Positions 15,056 through 16,111 of a stretch of DNA of 16,111 nt are shown here, piece after piece. The number at the start of each line of letters is the position of its first letter. Positions within the stretch are counted from its first letter, which is position 1. Source of the stretch: an uncultured delta proteobacterium (GTDB taxonomy: Bacteria > Desulfobacterota > Binatia > Bin18); NCBI GenBank assembly GCA_963733195.1, contig CAVTCR010000049.1, forward strand, positions 1-16,111, in the 5' to 3' direction. Made by a program: the position numbers and the translations under genes. The notes under the pieces are model-generated. The model had not been told where the DNA came from. It ran no database searches and saw only the letters and a list, made by a program, of their open reading frames with translations.

Positions 15056-16111
15056 TTAGAAGCTCATCAAATATCGCACCAACGTCCGGACACCAAAGCC
15101 AGTGGCACCTTTGGGAGTATATCCATTGTCTTTGCTGGTAAACGATGGGCCAGCGATATCGAGGTGCGCCCACGGTACGTCACTGACAAATTCTTGTAAG
15201 AACAGTGCCGCCGCAATCGCACCAGCGCTACCACTGCCGGTGTTCTTAATATCAGCAACGGTACTCTTGATATCTTCTTTGTATTCTTTGACGAGTGGTA
15301 GTCGCCACAACGGTTCGCCGGATTCCTGGCTGCATTGCAAGAGCGCCGCAGCTAATTCGTCATTGTTGCTAAACAGGCCGGCGATCTGACCGCCGAGCGC
15401 GGTAACACACGCACCAGTTAACGTCGCCAAGTCAATAATCACATCGGGTTTGTCTTGTACGGCGTTGATCAACGCATCAGCAAGAATGAGCCGTCCTTCA
15501 GCATCGGTGTTGAGCACTTCAACCGTTTTGCCATTACTGTAGCGAATGATGTCACCCGGTCGCTGTGCAGTGCCACTCGGCATGTTCTCTGTTGCTGGCA
15601 CATACCCAGTGACCTGCACCTGTGGCTTGAGTTGCGCGATTACACTCATCACTCCCATCACCGTTGCGCCACCAGCCATGTCGCGTTTCATCGTTTCCAT
15701 CGATCCCGGGGGTTTGAGGGATAAACCACCCGAATCAAAAGTGATCCCTTTACCAACCAGGGCAATTTTCTTCTTGGCTTTCCCGTTGGGAGTATACACT
15801 AGCTTGATGAAGCGCGGCTCCTCGATACTCCCTTGCGCAACGGCTAACAATCCCGCCATCTTTGCAGCCTTGATTTTCGCAGTGCCCCATACTTCTCCCT
15901 TGATGCCATGACCTTTGAGCAACTTCGTCGCCTGTTGGCCGAGATAACTTGGCGTCGACACTGAGGCAGGCTCGTTAGTGAGGTCACGCGCGAGAAAGAG
16001 TCCCGGTGCAACTTTCTGTGCAATTTCAATCGCTTTCTCCAAAGTCTTTGGGGATTGGAGTTCAGCACTGGCAAGCGTGAGTGAAGTGAGCTTAGGTTTC
16101 TCGTTTTTGTC
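15056..16111 (-). CDS. pepA: Leucyl aminopeptidase (M17), 5'-truncated by the window edge
   Basis: GKGITFDSGG, MKRDMAG, NTDAEGRL, DLATLTG and WAHLDIAG. The frame stays open to base 16111. Confidence 0.95.
   Translation of the reverse strand, partial: DKNEKPKLTSLTLASAELQSPKTLEKAIEIAQKVAPGLFLARDLTNEPASVSTPSYLGQQATKLLKGHGIKGEVWGTAKIKAAKMAGLLAVAQGSIEEPRFIKLVYTPNGKAKKKIALVGKGITFDSGGLSLKPPGSMETMKRDMAGGATVMGVMSVIAQLKPQVQVTGYVPATENMPSGTAQRPGDIIRYSNGKTVEVLNTDAEGRLILADALINAVQDKPDVIIDLATLTGACVTALGGQIAGLFSNNDELAAALLQCSQESGEPLWRLPLVKEYKEDIKSTVADIKNTGSGSAGAIAAALFLQEFVSDVPWAHLDIAGPSFTSKDNGYTPKGATGFGVRTLVRYLMSF

Noticed and set aside
14366-16111. pepA-udgB as a recombination or defence module linked to the cassettes
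   Set aside because: Both are ordinary housekeeping genes. PepA's known Xer accessory role has no supporting site or recombinase here.

Overview
This is a gene-dense bacterial chromosomal window. In order it carries: the 3' part of a DUF748/OmpA-like envelope protein, a two-subunit family I (GctAB-like) CoA-transferase, a secreted DUF3047 protein, pterin-4a-carbinolamine dehydratase, a DAACS symporter with an NQNGT variant motif, a DsbA/GST-kappa (HCCA-isomerase-like) protein, a CPA2 antiporter with an RCK_C domain, a 1052-aa transmembrane Ser/Thr kinase with five Ig/PKD-like repeats, a family-5 uracil-DNA glycosylase and the 3' part of pepA. The main hidden feature, at about 9837-11045 (- strand), is a decayed, integrase-less integron cassette array made only of toxin-antitoxin cassettes: a 5'-truncated hicA, a doubly frameshifted hicB-HTH, an attC site that appears to lack its L'' box, an intact DUF433/PIN (DUF5615) pair with its own promoter, and an attC half-site. 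Several distinct palindromic REP-like repeats occupy the intergenic gaps, three of them in the convergent gap at 6991-7399. All family calls come from reading motifs by eye; no database searches were run.
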